DNA of 64,000 nt. Source: Chlorokybus atmophyticus (lineage: Eukaryota > Plantae > Mesostigma and Chlorokybus algae). The position numbers and the translations under genes were made by a program. This document shows positions 13,300 through 25,911 of this stretch, one piece after another (within the stretch, counting starts at the first letter, position 1; each line of letters opens with the position of its first letter). A model generated the notes under the pieces. That model saw only the letters and a list, made by a program, of their open reading frames with translations. It was not told the DNA's origin and ran no database searches. The stretch covers positions 1,679,186-1,743,185 of the forward strand of contig RHPI01002533.1 in assembly GCA_009103225.1 (NCBI GenBank), read 5' to 3'.

Positions 13300-16200
13300 T
13301 CATGTGCCTTGAGGTGGGGGCTGTTGGTCAGTGATTTGCTGTAGGAATGCAGCAGCCAATTGCAACGTTGCTTGAAACCTTTGCTTTTGTTCCTCATCAT
13401 CGCCTCCTTCTGCTGTGCCTGCCGGATGTTGCGCGGGGGGCGCACCCGGCATTCCCCCACTCATAGGTGCCTGCTGCTGCTGCTGCTGCTGCTGTTGTGC
13501 ACCACCGGTGAGCATTGCAGTGAGTTGTGTCAATTGATCTGCGGGCAACTGAACTGGTGCTTGCAGCTGTTGTGGATGTTGAGGGACATGCATGGGTAGA
13601 GATGGTGCTTGCTGCTGTTGTTGTGCAAGCGGTAGGTTCTGTGCTGGATGCGCGAAGTGGGGTGGTTGTTGTGGCGGCCGATGTTGTTGCAACTGTGCAG
13701 GATGTGGTTGCTTCGGAAGCGGCGGTGGATGTTGCATACTGTGCAGAGGAGGCTGGTGCGGTGGCATTCCTGGCGGTGGCATTCCTGTGGGTTGCTGCTG
13801 TTGTTGTGCGTATCGCTGCTGTGCAAGCGGAGGCATGTTGGGTTGCGGCGGAAGCGGTTGCTGAGCCTGCTGCTGACCGGGTGGTGCTTGCTGTTGGGCG
13901 CGAGCGAGTATTTCCAGCAATTGTTGTGATGTCAACGCCGGCGGTGGCGCAGACTGCCCTGGTGCCATCCCGGATTGTGGAAAACCAACATACTGAGGGC
14001 GCTGCTGCTCGGGCGGGTGAAACTGCGGTGGCGGGCCCACCTGTGCTCCAGGCGGCATATGTGGCCGTGCGGCTGCCTGGCCCGGCTGCATGCCGAGCTG
14101 CTGCGGTGGCGTGGCCAATAAACCCTCTGATCCTGGTCTAGGACCTACGCTGGGTGCGCCCTGCGGAGTCACTATCACCCCAAATATACAGTCCGTCCTG
14201 GGTACCTTCAACACGTCTCTAGAGAAAGAGGATGGCGGGACCACAAACAGTGTCACGTCACCCCATCTGGCGACCGCAGCCCTGTTCTTCTCGCCCAGGT
14301 ACTGCATAAAATCCTGATATGCGCCAATGTCATCTCGACTCTCCGGTAGAAAATACACAACCGCAAAGTCTGCTTGCAGATGGCGTGCTAGTGTGTCCAG
14401 ATCGGTGCGTGCGGTGCAGTTGATGACATCCGGCCTGCAGACACGTAATCATCAGTACGCACAGGCACAGGGTGTCTGCACGAGGTTGGTGTGCAGTGGT
14501 GCCATGCTACCTGCCTGCCAACACCCAACACACTTACATGGCCACATGAATGCTGCGGCTCACAGCATAACCCTTTGCTCTGCAAGCAGGAGTTCCGGAC
14601 TTGGCAAACACGCCATGCCAAATTGTCCCATCACTCGCGGGTCGGATGGGCGATGGTCCGCTCGGGCCATTGCTTTGCACGCCGTACTGTTGTGGAGGAG
14701 GCCTGTTATCAAACCCAGGGCCAGGAGCATCTGTGCCGACAATTCTCATCCTCTTCTTGTCCGGGCCAATCTCATGCAGACCGTCCCTGCCATCGTCCAA
14801 TGGCCGCAGGTTGGCTGGTATATTGGGGAAGGTCGGGCCACGTGACACCGGCATGGGTCCTGCGGGTGCCAGAGGGCGCGGGCCGGGTGGAGGCCGCGGG
14901 CCCAGCGTTGGTTGCCGTGGCCCCCCTCCACCTGGCAGCAGCCCGTACTCGGGGTTGTGGAAGTGCGGCCCTCCTGGACCAAGATGTCCAGGTGGGATGG
15001 AAGCATGATGACCAGGGGGTGTCTGTGGATGGGGAGCTAGTCTCACAAGACCTGGCACGTCGCTTGCTGGAGAGTGCGAAAGCTCGCTGCGGGAAAAGCG
15101 GATCTGAAGTCGGCCTCCACCAACATACTGGTTCTGCCAGAGGTACACGTACACATCAGAACGTATACTCTACTGCACATCCAATCCAGCTCATCTATGC
15201 CTGTAACCTACCTGCATGCGATCCTTTGCCATCAAGGAATCTTGCATGTGCATAAACTGTACAAAGGCGTACGTGCGTCCTGGAAACATGCGTATGTACT
15301 CCAATGGTCCAAATGGTTCAAAATATCTTCGCAACATCTCATCGTTGACATGCTTGGAGTCAGAGAAGCTGATCCACAGGCAAGCGGAAGGATGTTCATC
15401 TCCCTGAGGCTGTGGTAATCACACAGTCAGGCAAAACGACTTCATGAAAAACATGAAATACTGATGAGCAAGCACAGAACCCTGCTGTTAAACATGCTTG
15501 CATATAAACACTCACCGGGCCCTGAAAAGGATAACCGTCTCTGCCAGGCATTGGAGGTTCTGGAACTCTGCCCGCTGATCGCCCCGGCGCCTTGAAGTCA
15601 ATGGCCAAAGAGTCATTGCCGACACGCTTTCCGTTTAATGCTTGTTGGGCAGCAATGGCCTCCTCAACCTGTAGCACAACAAAGCATTTGAGACGATGAG
15701 GGTGCAATAATTGTTTGTAATGTGCCTCAACTCTGGCCTTACCATGTCGTACTCTATCAAAGCATAATGGCGTTCCTTGACCAAGTTCAAGTTCTGTATT
15801 GTACCAAACTGCTTGAACTCTGTGTACAGCTTGTCATAATTCACGTCGCGTCCAACATTGCCAACAACCAACGTCCTCGTAGGCTTGCCCTGCATTGACA
15901 AATAAAGATCACGCCATTCGTGCTACATGCTTACAACAAAGCCACCGAACAGCTGCCACGACTAGCTTACCGCCTTGGCGTACTCAATGCGTATGGCCAG
16001 TCCTCTAATCAACGTGCCATGCAGAGCTGGCATGGCCTGCTTTGCATCCCTAATGGAGAAAAAATTCACAAAGCCAAAACTCTTCTCCGGGTAAATAGAA
16101 ACGCTTTCAATTTCTCCAAAACTGCAGGTATAAGAGGTAGTGAGTGGCACAATCACAATAATATTTCAACACCTTGACACAGAAGGGTGTGTTGGCATAC

Positions 16201-16373
16201 CGTGCAAAGTATCCGGCAAGCTCTGCATCTGTTACGCGCTTGTCGAGATTGCCAACCCAGAGGTGCCGCGAAGGAACCTGCGAGGTTCTGCCGCCCTTCT
16301 CATCCTTTCCTTGGGGATCCGGTCGTCTCACATCATTTCCGCCTCCTGGACGCCGATCATCGTCGTTTGCCAT
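13300..16373 (-). CDS. FPA: FPA-like RNA-binding protein (3 RRMs + SPOC domain, Q/P-rich C-terminus); multi-exon with a 5'-UTR intron at ~16385-16786
   Basis: RRM1 PSRHLWVGNL..SFGFVNF. RRM2 PTRTLVVGNV..HYALIEY. RRM3 PSACLWISF..TYAFVQF. The SPOC domain WHGVFAKSGTPACRA..PDVINCTARTDLDTLARH..VYFLPESRDDIGAYQDFMQYLGEKNRAAVA matches plant FPA. Confidence 0.92.
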
Positions 16374-16962
16374 GGAGAGACACCTGACAGAAGAGGGAGG
16401 TGACCAAAAACCCCTGTAGTAACAATTGGTTTCCACTAGTACGTAGCGTGTATGTCACTACTTGTGTGTGACTGCTGTTTTGGTAGTTCAATTTGCACTC
16501 AATTGCGCATAGAGCAGTGATCCTGGTGCCCAGTCATCGAAGCGGCAATGGGCATTGCCGAACAGTCACAACGTGCTGTAGGTTTCCTGCACTCATTGGC
16601 ACAAACATGCAATGCTAGGGCAAGCGAGTCGCTAACAACCACGCGCGCACAACTGCTGTGTAGAAGTGATAAGGAAGACCAAAAAACATATGCTACACAC
16701 CGGATCAAAGTAAAGAAAGACAAGTAACAACATGAATAAAGCGCTTGTCCCATGTCAAGCAACAAATGAGTTGAGCAAACTCACCGTTCAGAAATCCTAG
16801 CGGTGACTCCAGCTCCGTCCTTCCCGATTTCAACCAATAAAAGACTCCAAGAGCCTTACGCACTACTCCTGATAGTGCACCTCTGCCAGCTGCACGCCTC
16901 CCCTCTCCCCGCCAACCACGCCGGCACCGCCGCCGCCGTCGCCACTACCACCACCCTAAGCC

Positions 16963-16970
16963 TAGGGTTT
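16963..16970 (-). promoter_or_regulatory. Telo-box in the FPA 5' leader region
   Basis: TAGGGTTT on the + strand, i.e. AAACCCTA on the FPA strand. Confidence 0.4.
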
Positions 16971-17569
16971 GTTGGCGTTTCTGGCGATATCTGTGGACTA
17001 CGATATCTACCTGTCGTAGATATCGCTCCCAGCGCGTGCGTTGCGTTTTTCGCTTCTATTATTAGAGCGCATTTGTGTGCCACGTGGGTTCAACAAACAG
17101 GCGGAGGCGGTGGCGGAGGCGGAGGACAAGGAGAAGGCGAAGGAGCCAGAGGAAAGGTTATAGGAGGAGGGGGAGGAGGGATTGGGGGAAAGGGGTTGTC
17201 AGTGTGTGTGGAGTGCTCATATGGCGAGGCAAGAAGAGGAGGGTGCCCTTGGAGGGGAGGAAGCCGCGGCTGCTGTTGAGGAGTTCCTGTAAGTGCCTTC
17301 TAGTGGATTGGAGCTCTGTTTGAAACAATTCAAGCAATGCCTTGGGGGTTTTACAATTACTGGGTATGATGGGAGTGACTGCTCGTATTCATGCTCAGAT
17401 GGCCAGGCCTACCTGCTGCTCATGTTAATGATACGCATTGGGAAGGTTGATTGAGCTCGTTGCGTTGATGTCACTCGTGTCTGGGAGACTTAAAGTTTAT
17501 GTGTGAGACACTAACACTTGTCATCCAAGAGCGAAAAGGATTGGTTGTTGATATATGGATCTGAGTAGG

Positions 17570-19460
17570 TCTGAGCTTGAGGAGCACAGGCGTGCGTGCG
17601 AGCGGTCCGGCAACTACGTCGAGGCCGAGGTTGCCAAACACAGACTGCAAGAGCTCAAAGCACAGTAAGCAGTTTAGTGCCTCTTACAAACATGTGTACG
17701 CACACTGAGTGCCACTGACACACATATACACACATATACACATACATACACACATACATACAAACACGCACGAGCACACACACACGCACACGCTCACACC
17801 TCACAACAAAGGCTTGCGTGTCTCTGCAGTGAAGAAGTGCGTCGCAAAGAGGCTCTCAGAGCCCAGCAAGCTGCCGAGCGGGCCGTTCTGGAAGACTCTC
17901 ACCGCACAGAGTTCGAGAGGGTACGCGCATTACAGATACATACACATCCTTGCATTCTATATATTATACATAATGACAATAGACATACTTGTGTACAACA
18001 TACCCATGCAACAGTATTTAATGCTCAGGTGCAAGCGCTGTGGGAGTCGCGCCTCGCCGAATACGCCATAAAGGCAACTGAGCTCGCACGCGCAATGGAC
18101 TACAGACAAGTACGCTTTTAATGTGGTCATGTGGTCATGTGGATATGTTGTACACACGCAACACGCGAACAACATGTTGGGTACTAATACCTCAGTCATT
18201 GTGATTATGTTATACACATACACATACACATGTGTGCAACATCTTTCCCTTCAGAATGAGGACCGATGCACGGCGTTGGCTGCACGTCAGCCCGGCCGTG
18301 TGGTTGGTAAGCGGCGTAGTGGTTCCATCACTGTTGGGTCAGGGGGGGGAGCCAACAGTATGCAAGGGGTGGGCAGCGCCAAAGTGGCGCAGCTAAGGAG
18401 AGTGCAGGAGACACTCGCCAAACGAATGGATTATGCGGAAGCACACCGCGTCAAGTGTCAAGCTGATCGCCTGGTAGGTTGGTGTTGTCGGTAGTGTTGT
18501 TGTGATTGGTGATGTTGGTGTTGTGGGGGGGTGATGTGTGGGTGTGGGTGTGTGATGTGTGTGCTTGCGTAGGAGGCGTTGGAGTTGGAGAAGTTGCTGG
18601 CGTTGCAGCAGGAGCAGATGGATGTGGTGGAGGAGAAGCTGCTGGTAAGAGACAGCAATAGAAAGGTTCTTCAACTTCTGCCTTACATCACTATATGCAG
18701 AATACAAACAGACACACGCATGCACACGCGCACACATGCACATACGCGCATGCGCATGCGCACACGTACAGGCCTACCCCCAACCACACCCACCCACATC
18801 CCCCCACCCACACTTTGTATCGCAGAACCGGCAGAGGCAAGAGCAGCAGGTGCTAAGCATGCGCATCGAGAGCGGTCGCGAGGAGATCCGTCGCCAGCGC
18901 CAACTGGACCTAGAAAGGTAACACACCACACCTCCCATCACCGTGTTCGACACAACAACTCAACTGTGTACACACGCAAGCAGAGTGCTTCTGCGTTACC
19001 AGCACGCGCGGCTGTCCCTGGACAAGCACCAGGCGCGACAGAGGGCACACCTGGAGAAGGACGTGCGACGGCTGGGTGTACCAAACCAGTCTTTGTCACA
19101 GGTGAGGAGCTTGAATGTCGCTGCATGCATGGGTGTGCATGAGCATGCGCGTGCATGCCCATATGTTTCTGTGTATGTGTGTACGTGGTGGGGTGTGTAT
19201 GTGCATGTGTATACATTCATAAACCCATGCATGTATGTGTACCTGTATGAGTGCAACTTGTGTAAATGTATGTGCACGCGTGTGCGTGTGCGTGCATGAA
19301 CTTGCTTATGGTGCTGATTTTACTTGATTATGCTCAGCCGAGGTCTACGGCGAGCAGCAGAGTTAGCTCAGCGTCAATACGCTCCAAGGCAGAGAGTCTG
19401 CAGCACGCACCCGCCAGTGACAGAGCAGAGTGGCTTGTTGGCGATAATGTGAGTGGCTGA
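17570..19460 (+). CDS. Conserved coiled-coil protein of a family I associate with flagellated protists and algae; first exon not located
   Basis: Spliced reading: LEEHRRACERSGNYVEAEVAKHRLQELKAH|EEVRRKEALRAQQAAERAVLEDSHRTEFER|VQALWESRLAEY..|..LRRVQETLAKRMDYAEAHRVKCQADRL|EALELEK..|RQRQEQQVLSMRIESGREEIRRQRQLDLER|VLLRYQ. The GT-AG phases are consistent where I checked them. Confidence 0.75.
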
Positions 19461-20771
19461 TATGTGCATTGACGTGTTGGGTGCAGTAATGTTGCTCAAG
19501 CTTTGTGACACACACGACAGGTGTCCGTGAGTGCCCGGCGTGCGTCCGATTGCATGCCGTACACAAGCACCAAGAGCAGGTGTGAAGTGGTCTTGTTGGC
19601 GCTTGTGTGTGCTACTCACTGTAAACTGGCGCTAATTGATTGTTGAACTTGCGTCGTGTTCAGTAGTTATGCGACAATGGCAATCCGCGTACCAAGTGGC
19701 AGATGATACACAAGGTCAACATCCTATATACACCAGGTTGGGTACAATTGCTGTACTTGATGTACTTTATGAGGCCTACACATAGCCAATATACAGTCTT
19801 GTAGCTTGCTGTTACATATCATACGATATAAAGCTTTATGCACTGCTCTGCTGCTTTGCATTTCAAGTTGTATATATTGCAAGCAGCTTGACCAGCACAA
19901 GCGAGCATGACACACATCTTGTTGGCATTAACATGCTGTGACTGTTGCTTGGTTGTACTGCTGCACGTTATAGTCAGCCATAAACAACCTATTCGCCATG
20001 CAAAAGTAGGTTTCAAGCAACAATGCAACAGTGTACAACTGGTTACTCATTGTGACACAACTGATTAGACTAGAATGTGCATTGTAATACTATGGTCACA
20101 GCAGAGTTCATGACCACCTCAAAGTAGTGCCAGTACATCTATATGGCCGCGGGGAGTGCCCTATCAGAATGAGAACTTCACCGGATATTACCATATTTGA
20201 TAAGGTGGCATTGTTTGTGGCGGTTACTTAGGGATACATCAGCTTTGCAATAATGTTGGCGAGTTGATTATCGTCTACTAGTTTGTGGGAGGTGCAAGAC
20301 ACAACATTTATAGTTATTGGAAATGAAGAAATTTTGTTGGTACTTAACCTTGTGTCTGGCCCTTTGCCTACCCCGTGCGTGATTACCACAGCTGGGAGTT
20401 TCTATTGAGCTACCAACACTCACCCAAGGCATGCTGCCACTCTCATTGAGCAGCACAAGTTGCGTTAGCGCATAAATTGTTGCAACACGGCCAGTGCAGC
20501 AGACTCATCGTCAATGCGATCTGCAAAGGAGCAACTCTGACATGCAGTCCACTGCTGCACTCATGAATGCAAACATTGAGGACACGCATTGCAAACTCAG
20601 CAGAGGCAAACACATCATATGATAATCGCCACCGGGGTCCACAACAGATGGCAAATGACAGTGGCAGTCTGTTGCGCTCTTGTACAACGCAATGAGTGGG
20701 AGAGCAACTTGGTACACCATGCACACGGCTAACAGGGAACTTGTACAACTGCGCTCGTAAATGCTGCTTGC

Positions 20772-21533
20772 CTAGTCGAACAAGCTGAAGCCCATGTCCT
20801 GTACACAAAACACAAACGAGATGTCAGTCATGTTGTCAAGAACTGTCCAGCGATAACACTTAAATGAACTTGTGATCATTGCCACTGAGCGCAGCGACGT
20901 CCACTATTAATCTGCATTTTCTGATGTAGTAAACTACAAATGCATGTACCTAGACAAAGACAATGATACATCTTTACAAAAGCTCAGCAGCGACAGCATG
21001 CAGCGAAGACAGCACACCATAATTCTAGAAACTCCAGACGATGTGTAAATTGTCAATGATGTGCGATTTGTGGTAATGAGCGTGAACTTACATCGTCTGA
21101 CTCCTCCTTCTCTTCTTCCTTCTTCTCCTCCTCGGCAGGGGCAGCGCCGCCGCCAGCAGCAGCACCACCACCGCCGCCACCACCGCCGCCGGAGGCCATG
21201 CCGCCGGACGGCACGGAGGCGAGCTTGCTCTGGCCGGAGGCGATCACCTCGTTGATGTCCTTGCCGTCGAGCTCCGACAGCAGCTTCTCTATCCTCTCAT
21301 CTTCGGCCTCAATGCCGACTGCACACCAACAATCATCAGCACATCCACACTCACACCCACGCAATCTACACCCGTACCTATACCCACAGCAACATCCACC
21401 ACGACCACACCCACAATGAGGACCAGCAGGGCGGACAAGGCTTACCTGAGCTGAGGATGCCCTTGATGTCCTCGGCGTTGGGGGCCGACTTGCCGCCCAG
21501 GACCGCCAGGAGGTACGCCGCGATGACCCGCAT
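20772..21533 (-). CDS. RPP2: 60S acidic ribosomal protein P2; 3 exons (21533-21446, 21318-21092, 20798-20772)
   Basis: [14 protein letters not shown]...[38 protein letters not shown]...[13 protein letters not shown]|DMGFSLFD*, the canonical P-protein C-terminus. Confidence 0.97.
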
Positions 21534-21578
21534 GGTGGCTGCTGCGCCGGGGACAGCGGCGGCGGCGGCGGCGGCGGC

Positions 21579-21586
21579 TAGGGTTT
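21579..21586 (-). promoter_or_regulatory. Telo-box about 45 nt upstream of the RPP2 ATG
   Basis: Exact AAACCCTA on the gene strand; a classic element of plant ribosomal-protein genes. Confidence 0.6.
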
Positions 21587-22300
21587 CAAGCCCCAAGCAA
21601 AGAGACCAACATCTGCAGTCGGCCGGCGGCTGTAAGCTAACCGACACACCGTCAGATCTAACCAGCACACCTTGGACATCCAGTTCTTGTCGCTAATCAA
21701 CCAACGATATCGGCAAATAACACGGTTAATCGTTTGGGGCCGATGTGTCATGTAACACGCCCAAAGGGGTTCCTCTTGTGAGTACCAGGTAGCAACTCAA
21801 TGGGCAATGGTTTCATGAATGCAGCTCAGCGTCTCACGGTTAGGCTTGGCACGGATATCGAAGCGACTTCTTGCTCCCTTGCGCCGCGACGTACGGGATG
21901 ATGTCGCAAGGTCACGTGCGCAGTTACAGACAACAGCGTCAGGAGCAGTATCAATGCAACGTATATATTTTTGGGGCGTGGGCGCGGAGGCTGGCGACAA
22001 CAACGACGACAGGGACAACAAAGAGAACCCCAACGACGGTTGCTGGTGAAATCTGCAGCCAGCTTGGAACCTGCGAGGTATATGTTTGAGGGCAGGAGCG
22101 CGTACGTAGGTTGCAACTGCGTCATCCAATGCAGCGTTTCTGCAGCATAAGGCGGCAGTCAGTTCTCTGGCTGTAGTGTTGCCGTGCATGAACAGGGCAA
22201 GTAGCGTAAGTAGTATCAGCGTAAGTTGAGGCTTTTGGTGCAAGTACTATGTTGAGTTGCTGTTGAGTAGCTAGGTAATATGTGTGTTGGTTAGCAAGAG

Positions 22301-25225
22301 ATGTCACGCTCTTCAGAAGAGCAGCTGCCAAACTTTCTGCCCTCTCCCCTGTATGCTAGTCTCTCCCCTCCACCTCCTCCTCCTCCTCCACCTCCACCTC
22401 CCTCAAACCCTAACCCTAACAACACTACCACCAATGGTGCCACGCGCGGTGGAGAGCGACTGGCACCGCTAGCACTCACGCCGTCTGGAGCACCACTCAG
22501 ACCCACACTCTCCCCATCAGAAAGGTGAGCGTGTGACGTTGTGTATGTATATTTGCGTGTGCGAGCAGACGAGGGCGCGTGCGTGCATGCGTGTGCACTT
22601 GTGCGTCTGTATCATGCAACTACACTGCAAGTCAACTGTAGTCAGTACGTACACACGACAATTGACAGGAGAAAATCCTGTCTGCGTTCGTAGTTTGCTT
22701 GAGTACACGACCATGCATTGATGTTGGTTTCTGCAACTTGTAGACTACTGCATAGTGATACCATTCATCTCTTGGTGATTATGTTTCATGCAGAGATGAC
22801 CTTCTCCGCTCGCTTAGATCAGCGTTGAGTCCCGAATGGGTTCCACCCTCATCCTCCCAAACAAGTCCCCACCCGAACCCCAACACCAGACCCGAACCCG
22901 GTCCGGGACCCAGTTCCTCTTGCACCACATCACCTGGGACCCAACCCAACCCAAGGATGGAACCCTCCGATTCCCGCACGCAATCCCCTCACAGTCCCGC
23001 AAAAAGTCCAAACAAGAACAAGATTCCCAATCGCACTCCTCGTCCCAGCGATGGCAAGTCCTGGGACAGGCCTAAGGGTGACGATGATAGTGAGAGGCCG
23101 AGCACGAGCGGGCAGCACGAAGAGAGCGAGACCACATTCTCGCAGCTGCGCGTGCGCACGAAGTCCCCGGAGAAGCCGCTGTCGCCTATCCCAAACCATG
23201 TCCTTCATGAGTCAGGATCGTTCGGCGATGAAAGGTCCCCAAAACATGTCCGTTCTGCGCTTGCGCTCCTAGGACCCAATCGCCGGCTGAGCGTTTACAT
23301 CGTCACCTGGAACATGAATGCAAAGGTGCAAAAGTAGTGTACATGCGTCTCAGAGTGCTCACGCAGTCTCACACATGCTTGTGCATGCACACGTGGACAT
23401 GTGGGCCCATTCATGCACGCAGGAACGCACACGTGCTCATCGACGAGTGCATGCGGGTGCACACACATACACACATGCACGCCCACGCACGCCCACACGC
23501 ACACATTGACACTTGTTCCCTCCAGGTGCCAGCAGGGTCTTTGGACCCATTGGTGGGGTCTCTGGCGCACGACTTGTGCGCCTTTGGGACGCAGGAGGCC
23601 CCGCTGTCCGGAGGTGCGGCCTGGTGTGCAGCTCTTGAGGACGCTCTCGGCCCAGGCTACAGGTATGACATCATGTTGTTGTGCATGATGTTGGTGTTGT
23701 GGTTGTGGTTGACTCATGTGGGGCCTTGTGTCAATAGGAAGGTGGCGTTTGTGGGGTTGATGGGCATACAACTGGCGGTGTACATGCGTGCGCAACTGGT
23801 GTCTCTTGTGTCTGGTGAGTGTCAGCCTCTTGTTCTGATGTTTGCAAGGAGTACTTATGCATTCAATGTTTGACATGTCATCTTTCCTGCAGAGGTGCGC
23901 ACGGATGCAGTTGCGACGGGTATTGGCAACATGTTGGGCAACAAAGGGGGTGTCGGGGTGAAGCTGAGAATAGCCAACGCAAGCTTCGTATTCATAAACG
24001 CACACTTTGCCGGTATGCACAAATGTGGTGCCACGACCACGACCACGCACACGCACACGCACACGCACACGCACACGCACACGCGAACATACATACATGG
24101 CTTTTTTTTTTTAGTATACTCACAAGTTCACGTGTTCTTCCACACAGCTCATCAAGAGAATGTATCCGAGCGCAACGAAGACTTCCGCCGCATAAAGTCC
24201 GAGCTCTTCTCTTCCAAAAAGGACCCACACAACAATAATAGCAACACCCACAAGCAACCCAAGTCCCCGTGTCTGCCGTCGAGGAGGGGTCCCAAGGTCG
24301 CTCCAGCGCCAGCCGGGGCCGACTCCAGGACCTCCCCCCTGTCCCCAGCAAAGGATCATGAATGGGAACGGGAACGGGAACGGGAACGGGATGCGACAGC
24401 TGGCGCGGATGCAGCTTTCTGGATGGGTGACCTGAACTACAGAGTGGAAGGGAACCGGAAGGGTGCGGACTTGCTGCTTGAATCAGCCATGTATGAGGTG
24501 AGCAAAGCACCAACAGCTTGGCTGGTTTGGTTGTCAATGCAAACTAAGGTGCTGCATTCGCAATAGATAACTTGCAATCGCCCATATGCCAAAGATACAT
24601 GACTGGCGGTATGCTGGCTCCTCCTGTGACTGTGCTGATGGGTGTGTCGCCGCACAGGCTTTAAGAGCCAACGACCAGCTGTTGAGAGAGCGCGCAGCAG
24701 GGGCGGTGTTCGCAGGCTGGCACGAGGGACCTTTGGAGTTCGCGCCCACGTACAAGTACGATCCGGGCACCGAGCGATACGACTCCTCACCCAAGGTATG
24801 CTGACCTCTCAACTTGCAACCCAACAATATGAGCAACATCACAAACACCACCACCAACAACAACAACGAAGACAACAGCGACAACGTAGCTATCATTAAC
24901 AAAGATAGCAGTGACATGTGGTTGTGTTGCTACAGCAACAACACCGCCAACACCAACATTACCATTACCAACAACACCATCATGATCTCGTACGCAGGCA
25001 CGGGTGCCCAGCTGGACCGACAGGATTTTATTCCGGTGGCAGTCTCCCGGGACGACAGTCTCACTCCTGCGCTACGGGCCGTTGCACGACCCGTCGCTGG
25101 ACGCAACGGCGGTCCTGCGCTGCAGCGACCACCGCCCCGTAGCAGCTGAGTTCGCTGTGGGACTCCCGCGGGTAGAGTATCTCGGCACGCCGCGGGCGCG
25201 GAAAAATGGGTGTGGGGTGCAGTAG
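22301..25225 (+). CDS. Inositol polyphosphate 5-phosphatase (INPP5E/plant 5PTase11-like) with a Pro-rich N-terminus and C-terminal CaaX (CGVQ)
   Basis: Motifs [25 protein letters not shown]|[25 protein letters not shown] and SDHRPV, spread across GT-AG-separated exons. Confidence 0.92.
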
Positions 25226-25911
25226 AGGAGCAGTAGATAGATGGTTGTTGGACACTTAGGTAATGGTCGTAAGAATGAACATATACAGTATGCGTGCAAC
25301 AAACATTACAGAGAGGATGAATACATAGAGGGATATGTATAGGTTACCAACAAGACATACATACGTACAAGCCCGTATATAGAAGGCAGAGGTTTCACAT
25401 GCAATGGCAGACATGTCCGGCGCTGGTCTGCATGTAAGGAGGAGATAACCACGGTTAGGTCAACAGACTGTGCAATGTCTTGCCATGCCCACCTCGTGTT
25501 TAAAGATGAGTTGTATCTAAGCTGCTGAGCCGTATGACAAGTAGTAACCATACGCATGTACTGGTGAGCGCTCCACTACCAACATACTCGCAAGATCTCT
25601 TCAGCAGCTGGTCAGGCCACTTGATTGCTGCTCGCTTAGTAGTGTAGACCAACCACAATCATGCTGACACGCTTATGCAATCCTCAATCAGTGGCGCAAT
25701 GCCCACGATAGCATGCCATCTTTTCTCTGTTCAAGGAGAGACCACGAGCTGCTGTCGAATAAATGCCATGCATGACCCTTGGGTATACTGCAGCATTAGG
25801 CAATGGTCCCCAGAAATATGGCAGTCAAGGGTGCAATAGCTGTGCATACATATGATCAAAGTAATTGTGGTGCTTTCATGTGCTTTCAGCATGCAACACA
25901 TGAAGGTTGTG

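Noticed and set aside
21797-22243. 148-aa minus-strand ORF between RPP2 and the phosphatase
   Set aside because: No motifs or splice support; it lies in a shared promoter/leader region.
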